From: Oikopleura dioica
Lineage: Eukaryota > Animalia > Chordata
Direction: 5' to 3'
Length of the DNA stretch: 64,000 nucleotides
Assembly (NCBI GenBank): GCA_907165135.1
Contig: OU015569.1
Location: 10,974,001-11,038,000, forward strand
Within the stretch, counting starts at the first letter, position 1. Each line of letters starts with the position of its first letter. The notes under the pieces were generated by a model. The model was not told the DNA's origin. It did no database searches and was given only the letters and a program-made list of their open reading frames with translations. Shown here in pieces: positions 24,941 through 37,363 of this stretch. Both the position numbers and the translations under genes were made by a program.

Positions 24941-26901
24941 TTAATAATCCGATTTCCTATCAAGCTCATCCTCAACTTCTCGATACGAAATGACAAGATT
25001 CTGCATGATTTTCGCCTTTTCCGAGTTTTCCTTTCTCAGCGCCATGATTGTCCCATCGACAACGTCGCCAGTTTCGTTGTGATCTTCAAACGTCTTCATC
25101 TCCATTTTCGCGTTCTGAAAGGTCTTCCTCTGCTTTTTAAAGTCTTCAATCGCATTGCTCGCTAACTGGTCCGAAATGGCAAGATGCCTGGCAAGAGACT
25201 GGTTCTTCTTGGTCGCGTCATCGTTGAGAATGGCGATTTGCTCGATCGACAGCTCCTCGAATTCCTTGTGCAGATCTTTTACCCGGTTGATCATCTCGAA
25301 TTTGTTCGCCTGGCGTTTTTGAATCGCTTCCTTTTCTGAAAAAATCTTGATGAATAGGGGAATTCTCTTCTATGATTTCAAAACCCCAAAAGCCGCAGAT
25401 AGTTTTAGTCTGAATTACTACGGAATCACGGTGATGGATATTGCCAAATTCATTTAATTGCTTCAAAGGAGTAATGATTCGGAAAATAACCGTGAATATG
25501 AAAAGGGAGTTAATATAACGACTGTTATTTTTCAAAACAAGAGTCATTCAAAAATCGGGTCCAGCAAGTGCTAGGGCTCGTCAGGTTGCTTTTTCTATCC
25601 TTTTTAATCCTCTCTGACATTTTGATTATTCTCTTTAGGAAGAAGTTATTCACCTTGTTTAGAAAGCTAGTAAATAGAAGAAAAAATATTTAGAGAAAAT
25701 CGAAAACTAAAAATGTCGACTGAAACTACGGCTAATCCAGCGGCGACAACAACGACGGCTAATCCAGCGGCGACAACAACGACGGCTTTGTCTAATCTAT
25801 GCAAGACGTCCAAATTACTGCTGGATGTTTATAACTCGAGTAAACTTTCAAATATAATATCTATTTTCTATTCTATTATTTTTTAGAGTGCGATTCATTC
25901 AGCTATGATGACCAACTTATTTACAACGAACAAATTGCACTTTTTGGACCAGGGACGGACGACAACTGTGATCTCGTAAGTAAAATGATAAGCATGCCAG
26001 AGAAAAGAATAGTCATTATTCTAAGGGTATTAAATATAAGGGTCTCGCACGGGTAACAATCCTCAAGACAGACCTCTTTGATAGAAGCTCTATCACCTAA
26101 TTATATGCTCATTAATAAATTTAGCCGGAGCAAGTTTGCGAGCAGGTAACTACCACAAAATCAACAACAACCACAACAGCTGAGCCAACAACCACAACGA
26201 CCACAACAACTACAACTATCCCGGAAGAATGCATCGAAGTGCTCGATTTCTTTGCCGCTTATGAAGACAAGCTCGGCCATTCAAAACAAGAATGCGAGGC
26301 AAATCGACTCATTCTTCAATCCCATTACTCTAACTGCAACTTTGATGGCAAATGCGACCATCTTGAAAACCCCCAATTCAGCGGAACTCAAAACGCTTTT
26401 CCTAACTTCTTTTTGACCCTTGCCTTTTTCACGAGCTTCTTTTTTAAATTTTGAACTGCAAAAATCAATAGAAATCATACTCTCTTCCTCGATATCAAAA
26501 TTTCCGACTCAATATCCTCAATTCTAATCAATAAAATACCTAAGTCGTATAATTTCTCGGCGAATGACTTCTTGTCTGCTTGAAGTTGCGCTTCATGATC
26601 GGCAATCTTCTTCTCCAAAACCCTCTTGTCGTATGAAATTTCGCTCATTTCGCGAAGCACGCCCTGTTTTTTCAACTTTTCAAAGTCCAAATCGGCCAAT
26701 TCTGACTTCTGCTTCATCTCTTCTCGGGACAGCTGATCGTTTAGTTCATTTATCCGAGCTTCGTCGAACACAGACTTCAATTAATGTTGGTTAAAATGAA
26801 CGGGAAGAAAAGTATAGCGCTCACGTTTTTCTCCTCTGTCATGATGTCAACTTCTATGTCTTTGTCGCGGATCATATGTTGCAGATATGATGCGATGTCA
26901 T
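24941..26901 (-). CDS. Coiled-coil protein; 5' end unresolved; host of a nested gene
   Basis: Exons spliced in phase across intron 25336-26539 (YDL|EKEAIQKRQANKFEMINRV). Confidence 0.7.
25713..26454 (+). CDS. Nested Thr-rich mucin-like protein with Cys-containing segments and a hydrophobic C-terminus
   Basis: Three exons with GT-AG introns; two copies of a 24-nt repeat (TANPAATT); poly-Thr tract; ends NFFLTLAFFTSFFFKF*. Confidence 0.7.
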
Positions 26902-27083
26902 CTAAGGGTTAACAGGTTTGTTAGTAGAAGTTAAAAAATACGAAACTGAGAAGGTAAAATCACTTCTCAAGCTCAAAAAAGTGGTTAAGATTATGTAGAA
27001 CTGGATCTGTTCGAAGCCGTTTTTATCAACGTTAATCTTGTGACACCCGTATCAATATTATATCTCTCCGAGAAAAGTCTTAA

Positions 27084-27832
27084 GGGACCCCGCCGACCGA
27101 GCTCCGCGCGCGCTTCTCGCTCTTTTTCACTCTCACTCTTCAGCTGGTTTAATTCTTTCAATTATCGTGATTTTTTGTACACGAACTAATCTTTTGATGC
27201 TCTTTCATCTCCATTTCTTAAAATTTTCATAGCTTATTGCAACGCTGAGTTAGGGCGAAAACATTGGCGCTCGATTTCAAGTGTACATAAGTACTCGAAT
27301 TATTCGGATTGACACTTCGAGACTGCCCTCATTGAAAAGCCCGTGCCTTCTTGCATAAGGCCTACTTATTGGGATTTCCCGGAAGAGTTTACTTATCCGA
27401 TTATCGTGGGATTAATGCGGGTCACCTGGAGCGCTCGGCGTGAAACACGGGCATTTTATACTGTTGGCGCGGGATTCCGCTGCGCTGGTCAGAATAACCT
27501 TTATTTACCGCTCGATTACGAAAGCTGGATAAATTATAATTTAATCTCAATAAGTAGGCCTTATGCAAGAAGGCACGGGCTTTTCAATGAGGGCAGTCTC
27601 GAAGTGTCAATCCGAATAATTCGAGTACTTATGTACACTTGAAATCGAGCGCCAATGTTTTCGCCCTAACTCAACGTTGCAATAAGCTATGAAAATTTTA
27701 AGAAATGGAGATGAAAGAGCATCAAAAGATTAGTTCGTGTACAAAAATCACGATAATTGAAAGAATTAAACCAGCTGAAGAGTGAGAGTGAAAAAGAGCG
27801 AGAAGCGCGCGGAGCTCGATCGGCGGGGTCCC
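27084..27832. mobile_element. TTAA-flanked foldback MITE A (749 bp, Kolobok-like termini)
   Basis: TTAA at 27080-27083 and 27833-27836; termini GGGACCCCGCCGA/TCGGCGGGGTCCC; about 300-bp near-perfect arms. Confidence 0.9.
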
Positions 27833-28229
27833 TTAAGCAGATCAAGTTCTACAAATCTTCCCACCGTCAAAAAACTTACTTGAGAGATTCTTTTCTTGCT
27901 TAAACTTCGCCTCGATTTCCTGCACCAGAAAGGTCTCACTGTCGCGTTTATTTTCCAGCTCTCTGAGATGATTCTCGAGCTCTTCAATTTGGTTCAGATA
28001 ATACGACCGCCTGAATCCATGATTTCAAAGCAGAGTTAGTTAACATAGCGACCTACGGAAACGAGGGTTTCTCATCCTTTGCCTTCTTCTTGCCCTTTTT
28101 GCCTTTTCCTTTCGGCATTCTTCAAAGAAAAAATGATCAAAGAAAAGTGCCTTTGAATATCTTTTATATTTTATTGAAAGACAGAGAGAGAGAGACAGTA
28201 TAAACAGCGATAAAAACACGATTCCGATA

Positions 28230-31200
28230 CTATCTTCTTCCCCTTCCTCCTCCTCCTCGTCCACCTCTTCCTCCACGACCGCCTCTTCCACCTCGACCTC
28301 TTCCGGACTGTCTGGCCATTTCGCGATCTCGTTCTTTTCGTTCTTTCAAAATCTGCTCCGGTCGTTTTAGCGCGCCCTGTTCTCGCGCTTGTGCCTTCTT
28401 TCCGCCTCCACGCGTTCTTCTGTTGATCAAATTCGTCAAGTTCTGACGATTTTGTCGACTCTGGCTTTGATGATTCCTAAACGAACTTTTACTCCGAGAT
28501 TAGCAGAATGAAAACGAACCTATTAGCATCTTCGTCGCCAGAGTCCTGGTCAAGCAAGCCGGCTTTGCTTTTTTCGAGGTATTCTGTGTATTTTCCGGTT
28601 TTGAAGCTTTGCTTGATCCAATTTCCTGATTCCGTTTTGATCTTCTTTTCTTGCTCGATTTGATTCGTTACAAACTTCTTTTTCTTTCGATCCCATACTC
28701 GCCCGACTTTTGGCTGAAAGCGTTTTTTAGGAAGTGGACTTCGACTTTTTCTCGGTAAATAAATGAAGAAACACCCTTATTTTCCATTCGAAATTCGAAT
28801 ACTACCTTTTGGCCAGGTTCTAGTTGTTTATTGAGCATAACTTCAGCAGCTTCTGACTGGAAGGCGTTAATTCCCAAATGCTGATCTGCTGCGTCACTTT
28901 CCCTCACATACGGAATGTAATCGTCTGACTTCTCAGCCGCCGTCAGTGTGTTTAAAATCTTTTTCTGTTTGATGCTTTTGAATTTTTCGATCTGTTCTGC
29001 GTTCTTTTCGCGAAGAGTTCGCATCACATTCGCGGCATAGGCTGTTTCAGAGACATTTCCTTTGCATTTCTTGTCCCTAAAAGAAATCTTAGTATGTGGA
29101 AGGCGCCATCTCTTTTGCGCACTGGAACCCTTTTTTAAACCCTTTCTTTTTCAGTGTTATTCAATTCACTGTTGTTCAAATTATATTGAGAACATTGTTT
29201 AGTGCTTGATAACGTAAAAAAAGCTTACTAACTTAGAAATGACGGAGTGGTTCGGACCTCTACGTCCCGCTGAGGGATAACTACCGTAGCGTCCTTTACG
29301 ACAACGATTCTTCATAAAAGAGCTTTTGCCTGCGTGGAAACGTCATCTGTAAAATGAATCGAAATTTTCCATAAAGTTTTCTATTTCTTCATCATAAGTT
29401 AATAAATTAAAAATAAAATAAAAGGGATAAGAGATGAAATTAAAAAACTTCACTTGAGGCAAATTTTCATTAAAAATTTTTTCGTGCTCAGAAGAAAGAG
29501 CAGAGAATTCTGAGCCGAATAGGCTGGATTTAACCCGAAAAGTTTGACTTTATGGCCCCGAAAATTGCGTAACAAAGTCCAGATTAGGGCATTTTTGTTA
29601 TCTTTTGGGGAACTTTTAAGGGGTTTCTGTTGGACTTATTCGACGTTCTATAGCTCAAAAGAATCGCCGTCGAAAATTGAGGGGGTTTTAAGGGTTTTGA
29701 AAAATCTCAAGAAAAATTTTGAGCATTTTTAATTTCATCAGAAAGATTCACAGTCGTAACCATGGATTTGCTCCCAATCTACGAGTCGCCCCCAATTTGA
29801 CGACTCTGCGAGGCAATTTCCCATATTCAGGCATGAGGGGTGCCTAGGTCTGGGACTCGAACCTCGGACCTTTGTTTCCCCTCTGCCTGCCATCGTGATC
29901 TCCATCACCGCTGGGCCAGAACCAGCTGAAGGGAGCCCCAAAAATAGATAATTTATTCGATAAAATTGGTCGCGCGCGCGTTTTTATAAAAAAACCTGAG
30001 TGATTTTTTCGAAAACACGTCATATAATAAATTCAAAAATAAACTATCACTTGATAACTCTTTATGGCTCTTCGCAGTTGATCCTCAAAAGCTACATACC
30101 TGTATTCAAAAATAGTCTGTTTAGGTTTTAGCGTCGCAATCTTGTCCAAAATCGACTGTCTTTCTGCCGCGCCAGAGCCAAAGATCGGATGAACTGCGCA
30201 AGTCATCATGTCGATTTCTTTGAATTTATTGCAGCTCTCCGAGCTTGGCTTTTCTTTGTGCCTTCTGAAGCCTCTGTAGCCATTTTCCGCCGATTTCATT
30301 TGGCTTTGAATATCTGCCGATTCTTTGACCGCTGTGGAGATTAAATCCGCTTCTTCGTCGATTGCTACTTGAGGATAGCGGCCAATTTTTCCGTCCCAAG
30401 TCGTGTCACCGTCCTTACAAAATCCAAGGCTTCGGCCGAGGAAGACGTGCAAGTCGAGAAGATAGGGCATTTCTTCGTTTGAAACGATGCTGTACGCGTG
30501 TCCAGGTCGACCAGCACGCGCGACACGGCCAACTCTGTGGATGAATGTCTTCGCTTTCGCAGTGAAATGAAAGTTGACAACTGCGTCCAAAAGAGGAATG
30601 TCGATTCCTCGAGCGGCAATGTCGGTTGTGATTAAAATGTTTGTCGTTTTCTCTGGATCTTCGTCTTCGTGACGGAACCTAGATATAAGATAGTTAATTT
30701 CAAGCAGTATTATCATCAATTTCTGGCTAAAAAATGACCAAAATATCACTCTTTTGTATAAATAAATAGCAAAAATCGAGGAATAATGACTGAATAAGTG
30801 GATAAGTGGGGAAAACACAACTTATTTTAAATAAAAGCATAAGTAATCATCGAAAACAGCGAAGAATTCTTAAACTCTAGGTCAATTATCATCAGAAAAA
30901 TGACAGAAATTATCTAAGATTGACCGAAAAGAAGCTCTATTTCGAAAGAAAGCGGTTTCTTAGCCATATTTTTACCTTGAAATCATCATCTTTCTAGCAA
31001 AGGGATCCATTGAGCTGTAAATATAACACGGCTGATAATTGTATCGCTCCAAGAACAACTTGACAAGCTCGACATGATGTTTGGTGGCGACGAAAATGAC
31101 GATTTTCTGATCCGCTTTTATGACGTTTCCCATCAGATGCAAGAGCGCTGCCATTTTGTCTTCATGTCGCGCGTGGAAGAACGTAAGTTGCAGGTTTTCC

Positions 31201-32159
31201 GGGAGGCGGCGTTCTACATCGAGACGGATTAGCTCCGGGTCGCGAAGGCCTGCTTTCGCGAATTCGAGGATTTTGTTTGGAAGCGTCGCGGAAAATAGAA
31301 GTGTCTGAAAAGGGCGATTTTAGTTAGTAGGTGCTGCTTTGGGAAAGAAACATAAAGGAGACAGGACAGTACCTGTTTGCTTTCAGGCAGTCGTCCTAGA
31401 ATTTCATTGAGTTGTTCAGCAAAGCCGAGTTCGAACAATTGATCCGCTTCGTCAAAAACCACCATTTTCACAAAATTCAGTCTTCGGTCCATTTCTACGA
31501 GCAAATGCAGCAATCGCCCGGGAGTGGCAATAACGATGTCCGGGTTTTGATCCAGTTGAGAGAACTAGAATCATTAAAAAGTCAATAAAGATGGCTGAGG
31601 ATTACCTGATTGTCCAAACTGTCTCCTCCGAGAATGACCGCAACGGATAAGTTGCAAAACTTGGACAAATCGTTGGTAAACTTCGCTGTCTGAATCGCCA
31701 ATTCACGAGTTGGTGAAAGAATGACGACTCGTGGGCCTCGCTGTTCTCGTTTCTTCAATCTTTCAAGGATGGGAATCAGAAAAGCAGCGGTCTTTCCAGA
31801 ACCTGTTCGGGCCATTGCGACGACGTCTTTTCCGTCAAGAATTCTAGTTTTAAATGTAAAACACACCTCTAGGTCAGAGTGGCTGCTTTCACGCAATTAG
31901 ATAAAAAAGACTTAAATTGCCAATCTTCGGGGTGGAACTTACTTAGGAATGCATTTTCTTTGAATAGGAGTGGGTATTTTGTACCCTCTTCTGAAGATAC
32001 CCTTGAAAACGCCGTGGCTGAGCCCCATCGATTGAAATCCTCCTGACTTTTTGCCCTTTCTATTTTGCTGCTGGACAAGTTTTCGACTCTCCTCTTCGTC
32101 AATGTCCGGCTCTGAGTCTGAGCCTTTTCTGAGACCGACATTCTTTCGTCGTCCGACAT
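28230..32159 (-). CDS. DDX54: DEAD-box RNA helicase DDX54/DBP10
   Basis: [11 protein letters not shown]; [16 protein letters not shown]; PTRELA; [11 protein letters not shown]; [12 protein letters not shown]; [10 protein letters not shown]; RGG tail. One apparent 1-nt deletion near 32126. Confidence 0.92.
29800..29938 (-). mobile_element. tRNA-derived SINE-like or Pol III element in a DDX54 intron
   Basis: A-box-like TGGCCCAGCGGT (29907-29918) and B-box GGTTCGAGTCC (29853-29863); does not fold as a full cloverleaf. Confidence 0.5.
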
Positions 32160-32283
32160 TTTTACGCTTTCTTGAAAATGTTCCTTCTTTCGATAGCCTT
32201 TTTATTTTGCTGATTTTTAAATTGTGAACAGAAATTCTGAACGCGATACTGAATTCTTGAAAAATAAATAAAATAAAGAAAGA

Positions 32284-33017
32284 TTAATTTTCTTCTTCCT
32301 CTTCTACGGTCTTCGAAATAGGCTGAGCGCCGGCTGCGGGGACTTTCTGGTATCGGAGACCGCAATACGGGCATTCGTGCACTTGCCCGTCGTCAAGGTT
32401 GATCCAAACTCGAGGGTGACCCTTAATTTCCTGTTAGGAGTGGCTCTATGAGAGCTAGGTTCTCGGCTCTGCAACCCCTGTGAGAACCTCAGTCTATTTA
32501 AAAATAGATTAAAAACGGTACTTCGTGATCTGGGCTGTCTAAAAACCTTAGTCAGGTCCTGCTTCTAGTTATAGGGACACTATTCTGAGTTCCTGACTAA
32601 AATCGATATAAATTTGCCCAGACCCTTACGCAGGCTTTCTACAGAGAGAGCTCAGCCAACTCTAGAGTGACGATTTAGTATTACTTACGACAGCTTGATT
32701 AAGACCTCCATAAGTTCCATCGCACATGTGTCGTCGGTTAGTAGTCATGATAACTGGCTCTTCTGCGATCATATCAATCGCCCATCGAGCAGAAAGTGCC
32801 TTTTTCTAAAACAGAGGTGAAGTTCCAAGTTTCTTTCTTTTTCTTTGCTTTTTACCTTTCCGCCGAGATATCTGTTCATTCTGAAGTCTCCTTCAGGGAA
32901 GGCCTGGCCAGTGTGCGTCACTTGGTTATCGACGGTGGAAACTTTCTGAACAGCTGGAGCTTTTTCCGAGCTCAATCGGACAACGCTTCGGGAGATGCTC
33001 AATCCTCGACGAAGCAT
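32284..33017 (-). CDS. NDUFS6: NADH dehydrogenase Fe-S protein 6 (zf-CHCC)
   Basis: Transit-like MLRRGLSISRS; VTHTGQ; AIDMIAEEPV; CDG; GHPRVWINLDDGQVHECPYCG. Confidence 0.92.
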
Positions 33018-33219
33018 CCTGAGCAATTTCTGAAAAAGAGAAAAGAATTATAATCATTATAAAAAATAATAGAATGAATTAACAATTAATTGAAGTTAAT
33101 AATTGGAAAAATTTCTTCTTGGGGCCAAAAATTCTAGAGACGTTGACTTTTCTCTTGTTTCTATTTTTTCTCAAGACTTCCCCTTTTCGGTTTCTTCGGA
33201 TGCAGAGCTTTCCTCAGCG

Positions 33220-33238
33220 GGCGCGCGCTGATTGGCTG
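33220..33238 (-). promoter_or_regulatory. CCAAT/GC-rich promoter motif upstream of NDUFS6-DDX54
   Basis: Reverse complement is identical to the 19-mer at 3635-3653. Confidence 0.55.
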
Positions 33239-33413
33239 GGCGGCGCAAGGGCTTCTCCTTCGAAGGAAAACAAAGCGTTGCTGGAAGATAAATGGTTTTC
33301 TACACTCGGCAACTGTGTACAAATACTTACTCGGGTGAGAAAGATAAGGAAATAGATAATAGGAACTAGAAATAGATCTCTTTTTCATGGACCCTGACTC
33401 AGGTCCACTTTAA

Positions 33414-34155
33414 GGGTAGAACATGAAATCGGCGCGCGGCGCCTCGCTCGCCCAGCGCCCCGCCGTGCCCTACTTTTCAGAATGCCCTGAAATCGGAACG
33501 GATAAATCTTTTCCAAAATTTCTTCGGATTTCTGATCATCAAAGCCTTACCTTTTCACAATTCAAAAATGAGCAGAATCGTCAAAGAATAAGTCGGAGAG
33601 AATGACATAAGTCGGTTAAACTCTATCTTCTCTCGCAATTCTTATCCGATTTTTCAAATTTAGATAGGTCAAAAGTGCTCCGTTAGACCTAAAATTTCGT
33701 AGTCTCAGAATTAATTTTGAAGCTTTATGCAATTTTTTATGAGCTTTTGAAGTGAGAGCTGCACCGTCGTGAGGCGCGCAGCGTGAGAGAAAAGCGGCGC
33801 GGCGTGAAAGCACTTGTTTTGAGAAGCCGTGTGGAACTTTAGGAAGCTTTAAAATTAATTCTGAGACTACGAAAATTTAGGTCTAACGGAGCACTTTTGA
33901 CCTATCTAAATTTGAAAAAATCGGATAAGAATTGCGAGAGAAGATAAAGTTTAACCAACTTATGTCATTTTCTCCGATTTATTCTTTGACGATTCTGCTC
34001 ATTTTTGATCTGTGAAAAGGTAAGGCTTTGATGATCAGAAATCCGAAGAAATTTTGGAAAAGCTTTATCCGTTCCGATTTAAGGGCATTCTGAAAAGTAG
34101 GGCACGGAGGGCGCTGGGCGAGCGAGGCGCCGCGCGCCGATTTCATGTTCTACCC
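33414..34155. mobile_element. TTAA-flanked foldback MITE B (742 bp)
   Basis: TTAA at 33410-33413 and 34156-34159; termini GGGTAGAACATGAAATCGGCGC/GCGCCGATTTCATGTTCTACCC; about 310-bp arms. Confidence 0.9.
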
Positions 34156-34460
34156 TTAAGACACAAAAACAAAGAAAATGCATTATTTGGAAATTCATTG
34201 AAAGAAGATGGCATTCATATTAAATTATAATATGAGGGTGAAGTAGCCACCGGCTTGTCCATTAGTTCTTGTTTTGGTGACCAAATTTTTAGTTACTTTT
34301 ATTCTTTGTTAATTAAATATATCATTTGTTAAGTACTCTCTTGAACTGCTCTCCGTTATTCTCAGCTTATCGAAGAAAATGACATGTTATTTACGCTGGA
34401 CCAACATGGAAGCTGTTTATAAGAAGCTGTGACTATCTGGGCGTGTGTTCTTTCGGAATA

Positions 34461-37363
34461 ATGAGACAACTTTTATTTCCCCTTCTTTTAGGGACTTCAT
34501 TTGCGAGGGATGAACTTTTCACTAGAGAATCGAGCTTTGAAGATTTATTTTTGAAGATCAGCTTGGACAGGAACCTTTTCAAAAATAAACAGTTTTTTTC
34601 TAGCTTTGAGCTAGCTAAGCTATATCATCTGGGATCGGCAATCTGTGTCCACGACCTGAGTCAGGGGTCTGAATGAGCTTTGCGCGGCTTTATTTTTATA
34701 CAAAGCCGCTTTGCGGCTTCTTAATAAATAAGACCACTACGCGGCTTTTATCAAAGGTATGTCACGACCCTGACTCAGGTCTAAAACACAGCTCAGGAAA
34801 TTATTTCATTATAAGATATTCGAAGCTTGAGCACCACCCTAATAGCATTTTTGAATTTGAAGAAGAGATAATTTTGTCTTTTAAACAAAGTCGAGGTGGA
34901 ACTAGAGGAAGGGACCCTTATCGGTTACCAGACAACGGGAAAACATTTTGAAGTATTCAAACAAGTACCTTATGCGAAATCTCCTGAAGGAAAAGAGTTT
35001 GAACTGAAGTACTTTCCTGTTTGCTTTTCATAAGTAAACAGGTCACTCCTGTAATGACAGTAGTGCCAACTTTTTCAAGGCAATCTTCGATTTCGTAAGC
35101 CGGAGCCGATCGGGACCTTTGCTGGCGGAATTCATGATTCTGTCGCTGTAGGCATGGCTCTAGAAATCATTAAAAGTCACTAGGTCTCATCTAGGTGCTG
35201 AATTGTAAATCATTAGAATTTTCTAGAGCTGTTTGAAAGGCGACAATCTCAAAGCTTGCATCGGAACAGGCGTTGGCTCGAATGACCTACAAGATGCGCT
35301 AGACATGGGATTTATTTCCGAAGACTGCCTCACAATGGATATTTACCGACCAGTGAAAAACTACCACACGCGTCTCCCGATTTTCGTCTGGATTCACGGC
35401 GGTGGATTGACTAGTGGAACATCAGCTTATTACCACTTTTCCAGACTGGCAAGGGAGGATATTATTGTTGCTGTGGTTCAATATCGCCTTGGAGTGCACG
35501 GCTTCTTGAGCTCCTACAGTGCTGAGGGACTGACCGAAACTCCAGGCAATTTTGGTCTGCTAGATCAACAAGCAGCAATTGAGTTTGTTCATCGAAACGC
35601 GCGTAATCTCGGCGGCGATCCAGAAAAATCACCATCGGCGGCGAGTCAGCGGGCGGCTGGTCTGTTGGCTGGCACATGTTGAGTACCAAGTCAACAAACA
35701 TGATCCGCACGGCGATTTCACAATCTGGCATGGCTTCTTTTGACATGTCGCCGCAAGACTCTGAGCACGGAAACTTGGCGATCAAGCATCTTTGCGAAAA
35801 GACCAAGGCGAAAATCAACTCGACCTTGGCTTGCTCCGGAAGCAGCGAAGACATCCTCAACCGTTTCAGAACATTGACGAAGAACGAAATTATTCAGTTG
35901 GAAATTGCCGATCGGGAGAGCAGAAAAGAATTCGAGAATTATCCAGAATGGGCTCCAGTCCATTACGATGGCGAGTTTTTCAAGATGAATGCCAAGGAGG
36001 AGTTTGAAGGAGGACATATTGTTGATGACGTTACTTATGTGATTGGGTCGAATTCGTTCGAAGGAAGCTTGATTTGGAAGTGGCTCTTGAGAGATGTCAA
36101 AACTTATGACAAGGCATTCGAAAACAGTTTGAATAAGACAAAATTCTAAATGAAGTTGGTGGTCGGCAATCTGTGCAGAAAACCTGAATCAGGGTCCTCT
36201 AAGAGCTTTCAGGACCCTGACTCAGGTTTTCTACGCAGATTGCCTACACAGAAGTTCGCTAGGAAGTTGACTTCGAGTTGAAAGTTTGAAAGTTCTTTTT
36301 TCGAATGCTGGGAAAGACGACCGAATGAAAGTTTTCCAAAGTCTTGAAGGCGCGCTGGTTAGAACATCTCCCCTTAGCTTATTAACATTCTCGCCCGCAC
36401 TTTCACGGAATTTTAAAGAAATTTGAGAAAAGCCAAGGTCAAATTCCAAACTCAACATTTTCACGTCATTCTAGCATCGCTTAATTTTTCTAACCAAAGA
36501 AAAAAAGGTTACGGAGAAGGAACGAAAACCAATGGAAAGAGGCTGCGATATGTTCCTGAAAAAGATCGAGAGGAAATTTTCGAAAATTATTTCAGGTGGA
36601 ATTTTATTCAATTTTTTCTTTTGCAATCTTGCTTTTTAGAATTTTAAGCGACGAGCCGTGGCTAAACTGCACTGATATCAAACACTGCACTGCTCTAGAA
36701 TACCAGCTGCTCGCTGAAAAGATCTGGGCGGACATGGCTTTCGTTTTACCAGCTTTTGAACACGCTCTTCTTTATTCGGATAAATCTGCCTTTGTCGCTG
36801 TTTATTACTTGAATGTTGATATGAAGTTTGATCTTCTAAGGGAAGTTTTCATTTTCTAAGTTGGGATAAGATAAAATGATTTCTGAAAACAAGAAAAAGC
36901 CAGATTGAATATCCAATTCCCGGAGCTGGCCACGCCGAGGACATAATGTTCATGCTCGATGTTCCCAGCATGGAGCTCAAACTCAACGGAAAATCAACGT
37001 CGCTTTGGGAGATTCTTCATAGTCCACCTTCAAACCCTTACAGGCCAGAAGAATACATGTACCACATGGTGGATATTTTTGTCAATCACTGGGCCTCCAT
37101 CATCAAGGTAAAAAGCAAAAATAACGATAATAAAAACGATGGAAATTAAGCATGGTCATCCGGCCTCGCCTTGGCCTCAGTTTGAACGAGAATACAAGCA
37201 TTTCGTCGAATGGACGAATAACGCCACCCATGCGATCGAAAAAGTTCATTCTAAACTCCCGCCAACGATCGAATTCATGATCGATACTTATGGAAGCCTG
37301 GGAAGCTCGGCAACGGTGATTTCTTCTTCTCTTTTTGCACTTTTCTTCGCGCTGCTTTTCTAG
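34461..37363 (+). CDS. Type-B carboxylesterase/cholinesterase-like, secreted, hydrophobic (GPI-like) tail; apparent 1-nt frameshift near 35625
   Basis: Signal MRQLLFPLLLGTSFA; SEDCLTMDIYRP; WIHGGG; GNFGLLDQ; GGESAGG; GSNSFEG; GAGHAED; catalytic S, E and H all present. Confidence 0.9.
34629..34791. repeat. Palindromic CTGAGTCAG micro-MITE copy
   Basis: Arms resemble CTGGGCTCGGCAACCTGTG...CCTGAGTCAGGG and its reverse complement. Confidence 0.75.
36161..36244. repeat. Palindromic CTGAGTCAG micro-MITE copy (shortest)
   Basis: GGCAATCTGTGCAGAAAACCTGAATCAGGGTCC...GGACCCTGACTCAGGTTTTCTACGCAGATTGCC. Confidence 0.85.

Noticed and set aside
27343-27642. 99-aa ORF as a transposase
   Set aside because: Lies across the centre of foldback MITE A, is too short and has no DDE motif
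29840-29925. Functional tRNA gene
   Set aside because: The T-stem and acceptor stem do not pair and there is no credible anticodon arm; kept only as SINE-like
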